21,201 bases of DNA from a bacterium (GTDB lineage: Bacteria; Sysuimicrobiota; Sysuimicrobiia; Sysuimicrobiales; Humicultoraceae): assembly GCA_041497675.1 (NCBI GenBank), contig JBGQGY010000061.1:1-21201 (forward strand). Direction: 5' to 3'. The stretch's first letter is position 1. Each line of letters opens with the position of its first letter. The notes below the pieces were generated by a model that ran no database searches, had not been told where the DNA came from, and was given only the letters and a program-made list of their open reading frames with translations. Position numbers and translations under genes: made by a program. Below, in pieces: positions 1 to 9,270 of the stretch.

Positions 1-50
1 CGCCCGCGGGGACACAGTCGCGCGAGCATTGGGCGTGGAGGATCGAGGAG

Positions 51-1238
51 ATGACCGCGGAACCGCCGCGGGTGCGCGTCGGCGTTTTCTCCGATTCATA
101 CTTGCCGCGGATCAGCGGCGTCGTACGCTCGATCGTCTCGTTCGTCACGGAACTGCGGCGGCAGGGGCACCACGCGTCGATCTTCGCGCCGGCGTACCGC
201 GGGTACCGCGACAGTGACCCGGACGTGGCTCGGTTCCCGTCGGTGCGGCCGCCGGGACATCCCGACTTCCCTCTGGCGATTCCGATCGATCGCGGGTTCC
301 TGGCGAAACTGCGGCGCCGGCGTCTCACCGTAATCCACACGCACACGCCGTTTCTGATGGGTGCGGCGGCCCGCTACGCGTCCCGCCGTCTGGGTCTCCC
401 TCTGATCTTTACGCATCACACGATGTACGGCGAGTATGTGCACTATGTCCCGTTGGTATCAGAGCGGTTCTCGCGTAGGGTGGTGAACCGGCACACGGCA
501 CGGTACTGCAACCATTGCACCGCGGTGATCGCACCGTCGAACGCCGTGAAGACCATGCTGCAGTCGATCGGCGTGACGAGTCCGATCGAGGTGCTCGCCA
601 CCGCCGGGTTCGAGCTCGAACGGTTCGACCGCCTGGATCCTTCGTGGGTGCGGCCGCGGTTTGGCATCCCGCCCGATGTGCCGCTGGTGATCACGGTCGG
701 ACGGCTGGCGCCCGAGAAGCGGTTCGACATCTTGCTGGCCGCGTTTGCGGAGGCCGCCCGGGGTACGCCCGCGCGGTTGTTGGTGGTCGGCGGGGGACCC
801 GAAGCGCGAGAACTGCACGCGCGGACCGGCCGGCTCGGACTGAGGACGCAGGTGGTGTTCAGCGGCCCCTTGGAGCACGAACGCGTGCTGGATTGCTATG
901 CGGCCGCCGACGTGTTCGCCTTTGCCTCGCCGACCGAGACCCAGGGGCTCGTCGTGGTCGAGGCGATGGCCGCCGGGTTGCCGGTGGCCGCGGTGCGAGC
1001 GGGCGGCGTGCCTGAGGTGGTAGGGGAAGGCGAAACCGGCCTGCTGGCCGAACTCGATCCTCATGCTCTGGCCGGCGTCATCCGCCAGCTGCTCGACGAT
1101 GCAACGCTTCGGCGGGATCTGGCCGCACGCGGCCGGGTGGCCGCGCGCGCGTATGCGGTCGAAGAACTGACGCAGCGGCTCGTCACGTTGTATCAGGACG
1201 TGGCCACTGACGCACGTGTTATCGCAGCGCCCGACTAG
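51..1238 (+). CDS. Glycosyltransferase family 4 (GT-B), 1,2-diacylglycerol glucosyltransferase-like
   Basis: 395 aa; N-terminal FSDSYLPRISGV, HTHTPF, THHTMYGEYVHY, and the C-terminal E-x7-E motif ETQGLVVVEAMAAG; GGAGG upstream. Confidence 0.85.
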   Translation: MTAEPPRVRVGVFSDSYLPRISGVVRSIVSFVTELRRQGHHASIFAPAYRGYRDSDPDVARFPSVRPPGHPDFPLAIPIDRGFLAKLRRRRLTVIHTHTPFLMGAAARYASRRLGLPLIFTHHTMYGEYVHYVPLVSERFSRRVVNRHTARYCNHCTAVIAPSNAVKTMLQSIGVTSPIEVLATAGFELERFDRLDPSWVRPRFGIPPDVPLVITVGRLAPEKRFDILLAAFAEAARGTPARLLVVGGGPEARELHARTGRLGLRTQVVFSGPLEHERVLDCYAAADVFAFASPTETQGLVVVEAMAAGLPVAAVRAGGVPEVVGEGETGLLAELDPHALAGVIRQLLDDATLRRDLAARGRVAARAYAVEELTQRLVTLYQDVATDARVIAAPD

Positions 1239-1333
1239 ACCTGCGCCGCCGCTCGGGCGGCCATCACACCACGGGCGATCCGGCGGAGAGACGTACTCCT
1301 CACCGCCGGATCGAGTTGAGGAGGAGAGGACGC

Positions 1334-4300
1334 GTGCAGCTCAGGCGCCTGGACCTGATCGGCTTCAAGACGTTCGTCAACCGCACCGAACTGGAATTCC
1401 ACCCCGGGGTGACCGCCATTGTCGGCCCGAACGGCAGCGGGAAGAGCAACATCATGGACGCCATCCGCTGGGCGCTGGGTGAGACGAACGTGCGCATGCT
1501 GCGGGGCGCGCGGATGGAGGACATCATCTTCTCCGGCAGCGCATCGCGGCGGCCGCACAGCCTGGCGCGGGTCGCGCTGACCCTCGACAACTCGTCCGGG
1601 CTGCTGCCGCTCGAATACAGCGAGATCGCCGTGTCCCGTGGCGTGACCCGCGGTGGCGACGGCGAGTTTGGGATCAACGGTACGGACTGTCGTCTCCGTG
1701 ATATCCAGATGCTGTTCCTCGGCACCGGCCTTGGGGGCCGGTCTTATGCGCTGATCGGCCAGGGTGAGGTCGACGCTGTGCTGCGGGCCACGCCGGTTGA
1801 GCGCCGTCAGTGGCTCGAGGAGGCGGCGGGTCTGGCCCGCCACAAGCGGCAGCGCCTGGAGGCCGAACGGCGGCTCGGGCACGCGCAGGGTCATCTCGAC
1901 CGGCTCTCCGACGTCGCCGCGGAGTTGGAGACGCAGCAGCAGTCGCTTTCCGCACAGGCCGAGGCGGCTGCACGACACCGGCAGTACACCGATGACGTGA
2001 GGGATCTTGAGCTGGCGCTGTTCGCCGACGAGGCGCGGCGGTTGTTGGCTGTCGTCCGCCGGCTGAGCGCTCAGGTGCAGAGCGACCGCGACGCGCTGTC
2101 CGCCGCTGCGGCGAGAGTCGTAGCGGCGGCCGCGGCGATCGCGGCGGTCGACGCCGATCTGGCCGCGGCGAACACGGCATTCGAACGGGGCCAGCAGGCC
2201 CTGCTCGAAGGGGCGGAGCGGGCGAGCGCGCTTGCGGCCGAGGCGCAGGCCCTGGGGGCACAGGCCGAAGGAGTGCGTGCGAGGCGTGAAGACGTTGCGG
2301 TCGATGGGCGACGCTTGACGGACTCCGTCGAGCGACTGCAGCTCGAGACCGCCGCGCTCAAGCAGGAAGCCGATGTGGCCGATCGAGAGCGCGGGATCCT
2401 ATCCGCCGCGGTGGTCGAGGCCGAGTTGCGCCTCACCAGCGCGGCAGACGAGGAACGCCAATCGCAGGGCCGGCTCCAGCAATCGCGCGCAGACGCGACG
2501 GAAGCGGCGCGGGCCATGGGCCAGATCCGCAACGATCTCGCGGGGTTGCGCGCGCGGGCAGAGATGCTCAGCCAGACGGTGGACGCCCTGGCCGAGAAGG
2601 CCTCGGCGGTGGATCGTGCCGCAGCGCGCCTGGGCGAGGAACACCGCTCGGCAGACGCGGCGGTCAACGAAGCCCGGCGTGCCGTGCAGGCGGCTGAAAC
2701 CGTCATCGCGGAGCATGGGCGCGCGATCGAATCGCGCCGCGCTGAACTGGCGGCGCTGGTCGAAGACTCTCACGCCGTCGACGTGGAGGAAGAGCGTCTG
2801 CGCGCGCGTCTGGCGTCCCTGGAGGAAGCGCACCAGCAATTCTTGGGATTCGAGGAGGGCGTCCGCGCGGTCTTGCTCGAGTCGCGGGCCGCGCCGGAAC
2901 GCTTCCCCGGGTTGCGTGGGGCCGTGGCCGATGCGCTAGAAGTGGCGGACGTCCACCGGGCCGCGATCGCCGCGGCGCTCGGGCGCCGGCTCCATTGTCT
3001 GGTGGTGGAACGCCGCGCGCAGATCGGTGCGGTCGTTGAATTCCTCAGTAGCGATGCGCGCGGCGCGGCCACCGTCCTGGCCCTCGATACCGTGCGGCCC
3101 AGACACACCGACGCGTCGCCCGGCGACGGGGCGATCGTCGCGCGCGCGGCCGACGTCGTCCGTATCGCCGGCGGCTTCGAGTCAAACGGCGACGGTCAAC
3201 GGCTGGTCGAGTCATTGCTTGGTGACGTCGCCATTGTGAGCGATCTGGAGGCGGCGTGGACAGTGCGCGCCTCGGGGTATTCCGGTCGCGCCGTGACGCG
3301 AGACGGCGTCCTGCTGTCACCGGATGGGATCGTGTCGATTCGAGGATGGACCGCCGCGGAAGCGGGACCGTTGGGGCGTGGGCAGGCGATCGCGAATCTG
3401 CGCGAGGCGCTTGGGCGCGTCGCGCAGCGCCGGGCCGGGGTCGCCGAGCAACGCGCCGCTGCGGCCGCCCGCCTGCGCGCCGCCGAAGAGGGACTCGCTG
3501 AGGCGCGGGGCGGAGCGGATCGCGCCGCGGGTGTCCTCAACGAGCGCCTCCAGCATCTCCACCGGTTGGACGTCGAAGTGCGCCGGCTCGCCGATGACCG
3601 ACAGACGCTTGCGGCTGAGGACCGCCCGCGCACGGAGGAGTTGCGCAGGCTCACCGATGAGGTGTCCCGGCTCGACGCGCAGGCACGGGAACTCGAGGGT
3701 GAACACAGGCGGCTCGAAGACGATATGCTCGCGCGCCAGGCGGACGCCGCGCGTCTTGCCGCGGCACGCGAGTCGACGGCCGCGGAGGTTGCCGCCCGGC
3801 AGATGGCCCTCGTGACGCTGGACGGCCGGCGCGACACATTGCAGCGATTCGTGGAAGACCGCGAGGTATCCATCACCGACCTCGGGCGCCGCCTGGACGA
3901 GCTTCGGGTCGCAACCGCCCGGCTCGCCATCGAGGTATCAGCCGTCGAGGCGCGCCGCGTGCGGGCGACAGATGCACACCACGCGTTGCTCGCGGCACAG
4001 GCGTCAGGCAAGGCCGAACTTGAGATTATCAACAGCCGCCGCGCCGAGCTGCGGGAAGCTGCAGCCGTGCGCCAGGCCGACCATCTGGCGGCACAAACCG
4101 CGCAGCACGACGCTGAGGCCGCGCTCCATCGCACCGAGGTGCGGCACGCGCAGGCCGAGGCCGAACTGGGTGCGGCAGCGGGGCGCCTGCAGCAGGAGTT
4201 CGGCGTGACGCTCGATGTTGCGGCGGCGCGTCGCCTCGACACGAGCCGGGACGAAGCCCAGCGGCAGCTGGAGACGCTGCGGACAGCCTTGGGGGATCTG

Positions 4301-4966
4301 GGCCCGGTCAACCTCCGGGCGATCGACGAGTACGCCGCCATCACCGGACGGCTTGAGGCGCTGCGCGCACAGACGACCGATCTTCACCAGTCCAGCGCGG
4401 CCTTGCGCGAGGCGATTGCCCTCATCAACGCCGGACTGCGCGTGCGCTTCCGGCAGACGTTTGAAGAAGTCGACCAGGAGTTCAGCCGGCTCTTCCAGCG
4501 CCTGTTCGAGGGCGGGGAGGGTCATCTCGAGCTCGTGGAAACGGAGGACGGAGCCGAGCCCGGTCTGGAGGTCATTGCGCAGCTACCCGGCAAGGCACGC
4601 CGGGCGCTCGTTGCGCTGTCCGGCGGTGAGCGCGTGCTCGTGGCGCTGGCGCTCGTCTTTGCGATGCTCCGCGTCCATCCAAGCCCGTTCTGCATCTTCG
4701 ACGAGGTCGAGGCCGCCCTCGACGACGCCAACACGCGCCGCTTCACCACGCTCTTGCGAGATCTGGCGCAGCAGACACAGGTGTTGATCATCACGCACAA
4801 CAAGGGGACGATGGCGGCGGCCGACGTGCTGTACGGTGTCACGATGCAGGAGCCGGGGGTGTCGTCCCTCGTCTCGGTCCGGCTGGTCGCGTCTGCGGAC
4901 GTCAATGGGTCCACCACCGTCGCCGAGGATCATCAGCGCGAAACGGTGGCCCTCCCGGCCGAATAG
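1334..4966 (+). CDS. smc: Chromosome segregation protein SMC
   Basis: GFKTF start, Walker A GPNGSGKS, long coiled coils around a hinge (GLRGAVAD...ALG...RAVTRDG), LGPVNLRAI, signature LSGGE, Walker B/D-loop CIFDEVEAALD; GTG at 1334 follows a GAGGAGAGG SD. Confidence 0.97.
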   Translation: MQLRRLDLIGFKTFVNRTELEFHPGVTAIVGPNGSGKSNIMDAIRWALGETNVRMLRGARMEDIIFSGSASRRPHSLARVALTLDNSSGLLPLEYSEIAVSRGVTRGGDGEFGINGTDCRLRDIQMLFLGTGLGGRSYALIGQGEVDAVLRATPVERRQWLEEAAGLARHKRQRLEAERRLGHAQGHLDRLSDVAAELETQQQSLSAQAEAAARHRQYTDDVRDLELALFADEARRLLAVVRRLSAQVQSDRDALSAAAARVVAAAAAIAAVDADLAAANTAFERGQQALLEGAERASALAAEAQALGAQAEGVRARREDVAVDGRRLTDSVERLQLETAALKQEADVADRERGILSAAVVEAELRLTSAADEERQSQGRLQQSRADATEAARAMGQIRNDLAGLRARAEMLSQTVDALAEKASAVDRAAARLGEEHRSADAAVNEARRAVQAAETVIAEHGRAIESRRAELAALVEDSHAVDVEEERLRARLASLEEAHQQFLGFEEGVRAVLLESRAAPERFPGLRGAVADALEVADVHRAAIAAALGRRLHCLVVERRAQIGAVVEFLSSDARGAATVLALDTVRPRHTDASPGDGAIVARAADVVRIAGGFESNGDGQRLVESLLGDVAIVSDLEAAWTVRASGYSGRAVTRDGVLLSPDGIVSIRGWTAAEAGPLGRGQAIANLREALGRVAQRRAGVAEQRAAAAARLRAAEEGLAEARGGADRAAGVLNERLQHLHRLDVEVRRLADDRQTLAAEDRPRTEELRRLTDEVSRLDAQARELEGEHRRLEDDMLARQADAARLAAARESTAAEVAARQMALVTLDGRRDTLQRFVEDREVSITDLGRRLDELRVATARLAIEVSAVEARRVRATDAHHALLAAQASGKAELEIINSRRAELREAAAVRQADHLAAQTAQHDAEAALHRTEVRHAQAEAELGAAAGRLQQEFGVTLDVAAARRLDTSRDEAQRQLETLRTALGDLGPVNLRAIDEYAAITGRLEALRAQTTDLHQSSAALREAIALINAGLRVRFRQTFEEVDQEFSRLFQRLFEGGEGHLELVETEDGAEPGLEVIAQLPGKARRALVALSGGERVLVALALVFAMLRVHPSPFCIFDEVEAALDDANTRRFTTLLRDLAQQTQVLIITHNKGTMAAADVLYGVTMQEPGVSSLVSVRLVASADVNGSTTVAEDHQRETVALPAE

Positions 4967-4990
4967 CGCGCCGGGTGCGGCTGGAAGCGG

Positions 4991-5899
4991 ATGGCGGAAC
5001 GTCCCGGTTTTCTGGGCCGGCTGCGCGCGACGCTGGCCCGCACGCGCGAGGCGCTGGGCGCCCGTGTCGACGCCCTGCTCGCGGGTCCGCTCGATGAGCG
5101 CTTTTTCACCGAGCTCGAAGAGGCGCTGATCCAGGGCGACGTTGGCGCCACGTTGTCCGCCGAGATCGCCGAACGATTGCGCCAGCAGACCTCGGGTGCG
5201 CGTACGTCCGAGGAACTACGCGCGCGGCTGGTGGCCATTATCACCGAGCTCCTGGGGACCCCGCACGTCCTTCGCCTCGACCCCCCGCCGGCCGTTGTGC
5301 TGATCCTGGGTGTCAACGGGTCGGGCAAGACGACCACGATCGGCAAACTGGCGCACCGCTTGCGCGGCGAGGGCCGGCGGGTGCTGCTGGCCGCCGGCGA
5401 CACGTTTCGGGCCGCGGCCATCGAGCAACTGGAAGTCTGGGGCGAGCGGGCCGGTGCGGCGGTGATCCGTCACCAGGAAGGGGCCGATCCTGCGGCGGTG
5501 GTCTTCGATGCCGCACAGGCGGCGCAGGCGCGCCGGGCCGATGTCTTGATCGTCGATACGGCGGGCCGGCTGCACACGAAGGTGAATCTCATGGAGGAAC
5601 TCAAAAAGGTGGACCGGGTGATTGGTCGCGCGCTGCCCGGCGCACCGGTCGAGCGGTTACTCGTGATCGACGCGACGACAGGCCAGAACGGGTTGGCCCA
5701 GGCCCGGCATTTTCATCGGGCCGTGGGGTTGACGGGCCTGGCGCTCACGAAGCTCGACGGCACTGCCAAGGGCGGCATCGCCGTGGCCGTTGTACGCGAG
5801 TTGAACGTCCCGATCGCGTTTGTCGGTACGGGTGAGGGTCTGGACGATCTTGACCCCTTCGATCCGGCGGTGTTCGCCGCCGCCCTGCTCGCCTCGTAG
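4991..5899 (+). CDS. ftsY: SRP receptor FtsY (short NG-only form, no acidic A domain)
   Basis: GVNGSGKTTT, DTFRAAA, DTAGRLH, TKLDGTAKGG; follows smc. Confidence 0.97.
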   Translation: MAERPGFLGRLRATLARTREALGARVDALLAGPLDERFFTELEEALIQGDVGATLSAEIAERLRQQTSGARTSEELRARLVAIITELLGTPHVLRLDPPPAVVLILGVNGSGKTTTIGKLAHRLRGEGRRVLLAAGDTFRAAAIEQLEVWGERAGAAVIRHQEGADPAAVVFDAAQAAQARRADVLIVDTAGRLHTKVNLMEELKKVDRVIGRALPGAPVERLLVIDATTGQNGLAQARHFHRAVGLTGLALTKLDGTAKGGIAVAVVRELNVPIAFVGTGEGLDDLDPFDPAVFAAALLAS

Positions 5900-5926
5900 C
5901 ACCGTCCCGCGATCGACCCTGCCGTC

Positions 5927-5955
5927 TTGACCACGTGTGTCCGGTGCGGTATCGT
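5927..5955 (+). promoter_or_regulatory. Putative sigma70/sigmaA promoter for the ylxM-ffh-rpsP operon
   Basis: TTGACC (5927-5932), 17 nt spacer, TATCGT (5950-5955) in the ftsY-ylxM gap. Confidence 0.65.
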
Positions 5956-5969
5956 ACCGGAGGATCACC

Positions 5970-5993
5970 CTGTCAAGGAGAGGACCTTTACAG
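5970..5993. promoter_or_regulatory. Imperfect palindrome (candidate operator or SD-masking hairpin) over the ylxM-fusion RBS
   Basis: CTGTCAAGG-agagga-CCTTTACAG, 8/9 complementary, ending immediately before ATG 5994. Confidence 0.55.
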
Positions 5994-6860
5994 ATGCAGT
6001 CCGGTGACCGCGCCCTTCTCGGACGCGACCGCGCGAACCAGATGCTCGATGCCTACGGCGCACTGCTGACAGCGCGCCAGCGAGAGCTGCTGCGCCGCTA
6101 CTATCAGGACGATCTCTCGCTGGGAGAAATCGCCGAACAGGCACGGGTCTCGCGTCAGGCTGTGCACGATACGCTGCGTCGGGCCACGGCCTCCCTCGAC
6201 CGTTTCGAGTCTGCGCTGGGGCTGGTGGGGGGCGCGCGCCGAGCCGACCACTACTTCACGCGTACGCCACGCTCGCCGGAGCGGTTCAGGATCATCCGCG
6301 ATACCTTGCGCGGGCGTCCATGGGCGTTTCGCGTAGCGTCCGGGGTATTTGCCGGGCGCGGCATCGATCCCGGGACGCGGCTATTGATTGAGGCGATGCA
6401 GATTGGTCCGGGCGACCGGGTCCTCGACTTGGGGTGCGGGTACGGGGCGGTCGGTTTGACCGCGGCCGCGCTGGCCGCAAAGGGCGAGGCATGGCTGATC
6501 GACATCAATGAACGCGCGGCGATGCTGGCCCAGATGAATGCGGCAGACCACGGCGTATCGAACGTGCACGTGATGATCGGTAACGGAGCCGCCGCGATTA
6601 GGTCGGAGTGTATGGATGTCGTCGTGACGAACCCACCGATCCGGGCCGGGCGGCGTGCGGTGACGGCCTTTATCGATGACGGCTGGCGCGCGCTGCGGCC
6701 CGGCGGGCGCTTCTACCTGGTCGCCCGTACAGCGCAGGGCGCACAGACCATCGCGAAGCTGATGGCCGCGCGGTTTGGGACGGTCACGCAGGTGCGCGCC
6801 GAGTCCGGCTACCGCGTCTACGAGGCGCGGCGCGTGGCCGCGCCCCGGGAGACACGCTGA
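5994..6860 (+). CDS. Fusion of a YlxM/UPF0122 HTH domain and an RsmC/YbxB-like class I SAM-dependent methyltransferase
   Basis: N-term YGALLTARQRELL..YYQDDLSLGEIAE...VSRQAVHD..RR...L..FE..LGL (YlxM); C-term DHYFT..P, GVF..ID.GTRLLI, VLDLGCGYG, VVTNPPIRAG; sits in the usual ylxM slot; stop overlaps the ffh start (TGATG). Confidence 0.88.
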   Translation: MQSGDRALLGRDRANQMLDAYGALLTARQRELLRRYYQDDLSLGEIAEQARVSRQAVHDTLRRATASLDRFESALGLVGGARRADHYFTRTPRSPERFRIIRDTLRGRPWAFRVASGVFAGRGIDPGTRLLIEAMQIGPGDRVLDLGCGYGAVGLTAAALAAKGEAWLIDINERAAMLAQMNAADHGVSNVHVMIGNGAAAIRSECMDVVVTNPPIRAGRRAVTAFIDDGWRALRPGGRFYLVARTAQGAQTIAKLMAARFGTVTQVRAESGYRVYEARRVAAPRETR

Positions 6861-8188
6861 TGTTCGAAAGCCTACAAGCCCGCCTCGGCGAGATCTTCAA
6901 GAAGGTCACCGGTCGGGGGGTGCTGCGTCCCGAGGACGTCGATGCCATCCTGCGCGAGGTACGTCTGGCCTTGCTGGAGGCCGACGTCAACTTCAAGGTC
7001 GCGCGCGACTTCGTCGAGCGCATTCGCCAGGCGGCGACGGGGCAGGAGGTGTGGAAACACCTCAGCCCGGGACAGCAGGTGGTCAAGATCGTCCACGAGG
7101 AACTCACGGCGCTGCTGGGTGGGCAGCCGCGGCAACTGCGTACCGCGCCGCATCCGCCGACGATCTACTTACTGGTCGGGTTGAACGGTGTCGGCAAGAC
7201 CACGACGGCGGGAAAGCTGGCCGGCTGGCTGCGCAAACGCGGCAAGGCCCCGCTGCTGGTGGCAACAGATCTTCAGCGGCCCGCGGCCGTCCAGCAGTTG
7301 CAGATCGTCGGCAAACAGGTCGGCGTGCCGGTTTTCGCGCTCGCCGGCGCCAAAGCCCCGCTCGCCGTGGCGCGCGCGGCGGTCGACCGGGCGACGGCCG
7401 ACGGTCACGATGTGGTCATCATCGATTCGGCGGGCCGGCAGCACATCGATGACGCGTTGATGGCCGAACTCAGCCAGATGCACGAGGCGCTGCAACCCCA
7501 CGAGACGATCCTGGTGCTGGATGCGATGGCGGGTCAAGACGCGGTCAAGAGCGCGGAGCAATTTTCGGCCCGCCTACCGATCGATGGTCTCATTCTCACC
7601 AAGATGGACGGCGACGCCCGGGGCGGCGCGGCGCTGTCGGTGGTGGCGACGATCGGGAAGCCCATCATGTTCGTCGGTGTCGGCGAGCGTACCGACGCGT
7701 TGGAGGCATTTCATCCTGACCGGATGGCGTCGCGGATCCTGGGCATGGGCGACGTCCTCACCCTGATCGAGCGCGCCGAGCAGACGATGTCGGCTCAGGC
7801 CGCAGCCGAGATCGAGCGCAAGCTGCGTAAACACCAGTTTACGTTTGAAGACTTCCTGAGCCAGCTGCAACAGGTCCGGCAAATGGGGCCGCTGGATCAG
7901 CTCCTGGAGATGATCCCCGGTTTCTCTCGGGCGAAGGCCGCCGGTCTCACGGTGGACGAGAAGCAACTGGGCCGGATCGAGGCCATGATCCGATCGATGA
8001 CGCCGCAGGAACGATCGAACCCCGTCATGATCGACGGCAGCCGCCGCCGCCGAATTGCGACCGGCAGTGGTGTCACCGTGCAAGATGTAAACCGATTGCT
8101 GAAACAGTTCGACGAAACCAAGCGGTTGATGCGGCACATGGAGGAGCGACAACGAGCTGGGCGAGGGTTGCCGTTCCCGCCGCGGTGA
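6860..8188 (+). CDS. ffh: Signal recognition particle protein Ffh
   Basis: MFESL start, ALLEADVN, GLNGVGKTTT, DSAGR, TKMDGDARGG, RILGMGD, M domain with SMT..ER and SRRRRIA.GSG. Confidence 0.98.
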   Translation: MFESLQARLGEIFKKVTGRGVLRPEDVDAILREVRLALLEADVNFKVARDFVERIRQAATGQEVWKHLSPGQQVVKIVHEELTALLGGQPRQLRTAPHPPTIYLLVGLNGVGKTTTAGKLAGWLRKRGKAPLLVATDLQRPAAVQQLQIVGKQVGVPVFALAGAKAPLAVARAAVDRATADGHDVVIIDSAGRQHIDDALMAELSQMHEALQPHETILVLDAMAGQDAVKSAEQFSARLPIDGLILTKMDGDARGGAALSVVATIGKPIMFVGVGERTDALEAFHPDRMASRILGMGDVLTLIERAEQTMSAQAAAEIERKLRKHQFTFEDFLSQLQQVRQMGPLDQLLEMIPGFSRAKAAGLTVDEKQLGRIEAMIRSMTPQERSNPVMIDGSRRRRIATGSGVTVQDVNRLLKQFDETKRLMRHMEERQRAGRGLPFPPR

Positions 8189-8304
8189 GGCGCAGAAGCG
8201 CCAGAATGCGCGCGAGCACAGTGAGCCGATTGCTGAGGAGGCCGAGGGGCTAATCCCGAGGCCGGTTGAGCATATGTCGTGTTGTTTTATGAGGAGGTAA
8301 CGGC

Positions 8305-8577
8305 ATGGTCAAGATTCGGTTGATGCGCGTCGGGGCAAAACATCAGCCTTCGTACCGGGTGGTCGTCGCCGATTCCAAGTCCCCCCGAGGCGGCAAATAC
8401 ATCATGCTGCTCGGCTTCTACAATCCTCGGACTGAGCCGTCGGTCATCAAGATTGACGAAGCCAAGGCGCATACGTGGCTCGACCGCGGCGCCCGGCCGT
8501 CCGATTCGGCGCGAGTGTTGCTCCAGAAGACCGGCATCCTGCAACGGTGGGAAGCCGGTCGGACCAAGGCGACGTAG
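8305..8577 (+). CDS. rpsP: 30S ribosomal protein S16
   Basis: MVKIRLMRVGAKHQPSYRVVVADSKSPRGG...LGFYNP; strong GAGGAGGT SD. Confidence 0.98.
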   Translation: MVKIRLMRVGAKHQPSYRVVVADSKSPRGGKYIMLLGFYNPRTEPSVIKIDEAKAHTWLDRGARPSDSARVLLQKTGILQRWEAGRTKAT

Positions 8578-8589
8578 AGATCACCCGCT

Positions 8590-8835
8590 ATGCCCCAGAC
8601 AGATCTGCGGGCACTGGTAGAGTTCCTCACGCGCGGCTTTGTCGAGCGCCCGGAGGCGGTCATCGTTCGATTGTCCGAGCGCGGCCAAGTCGTGTCTATC
8701 GAGATCCGCGTGGCACCCGAAGACGTCGGGAAGGTCATCGGTCGGCGGGGACGGGTGATCGGCGCGATTCGCACGCTGGTCAAGGCGGCGGCCCTGCGAT
8801 CTGGTCGCCGAGTCGTGGTGGAGGTCGTCCATTAA
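8590..8835 (+). CDS. khpA: KH-domain RNA-binding protein KhpA (YlqC)
   Basis: 81 aa; DVGKVIGRRGRVI.AIRT GxxG loop; directly after rpsP. Confidence 0.93.
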   Translation: MPQTDLRALVEFLTRGFVERPEAVIVRLSERGQVVSIEIRVAPEDVGKVIGRRGRVIGAIRTLVKAAALRSGRRVVVEVVH

Positions 8836-8865
8836 CGCGCAGCCGAGGCGCTCACGGAGGGCGGT

Positions 8866-9270
8866 ATGGGGATCACAGTTGTTCGGCCGGTGATGGTGAA
8901 GGCCATCGTGACGGAGACCTTCAAGAGGCAGTACCTGGCCGAACTGGAGGATACCGCGAAGAGGCTGGAATTACTCATCGGCCAAATCGACACGCAGATC
9001 AGGCGGACCGAACTGGAACGGCAGATCACGCCTCAGTCCCGAGCGGTCCGGCAGCAATTGGAGATCGAGCGGTCGCGTCAGGAGGCCGCCCACATGGAGT
9101 TGGCGGCGCGGGTCAAAGAGGCGGAGGCCCTCGAGTTGCAGTCGGAGTTCTCCCAGGGGACCGTCGAGAGCATGGTGGAACTGAGCCTCGGCGACAACTT
9201 CTTTACGCGGCTGGCTCGCGCTGAGATCATCCTTAAGGATGGAATCGTCATCGAGATCCGAGAGAGATAG
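8866..9270 (+). CDS. ylqD: YlqD family protein
   Basis: ITVVRPVMVKAIVTE, central coiled coil, QGTVES.VE...GD and EIILKDGIVIEIR; lies between khpA and rimM; GGAGG SD. Confidence 0.85.
   Translation: MGITVVRPVMVKAIVTETFKRQYLAELEDTAKRLELLIGQIDTQIRRTELERQITPQSRAVRQQLEIERSRQEAAHMELAARVKEAEALELQSEFSQGTVESMVELSLGDNFFTRLARAEIILKDGIVIEIRER

Noticed and set aside
1316..1333. Longer ORF-track starts for smc (1316), the ylxM fusion (5937), rplS (10630), rnhB (11493) and hemQ (16081)
   Set aside because: The extensions run over SD or promoter elements or neighbouring genes; downstream starts have an SD or stop-start coupling
1990..4460. Ala/Arg/Glu-rich quasi-repeats in smc
   Set aside because: Ordinary coiled-coil coding, not a DNA repeat or CRISPR array
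8189..8304. ffh-rpsP gap as SRP RNA or a terminator (GGCGC-agaa-GCGCC hairpin at 8189-8202)
   Set aside because: No SRP helix-8 signature seen; the stem is 5 bp with no U-tract
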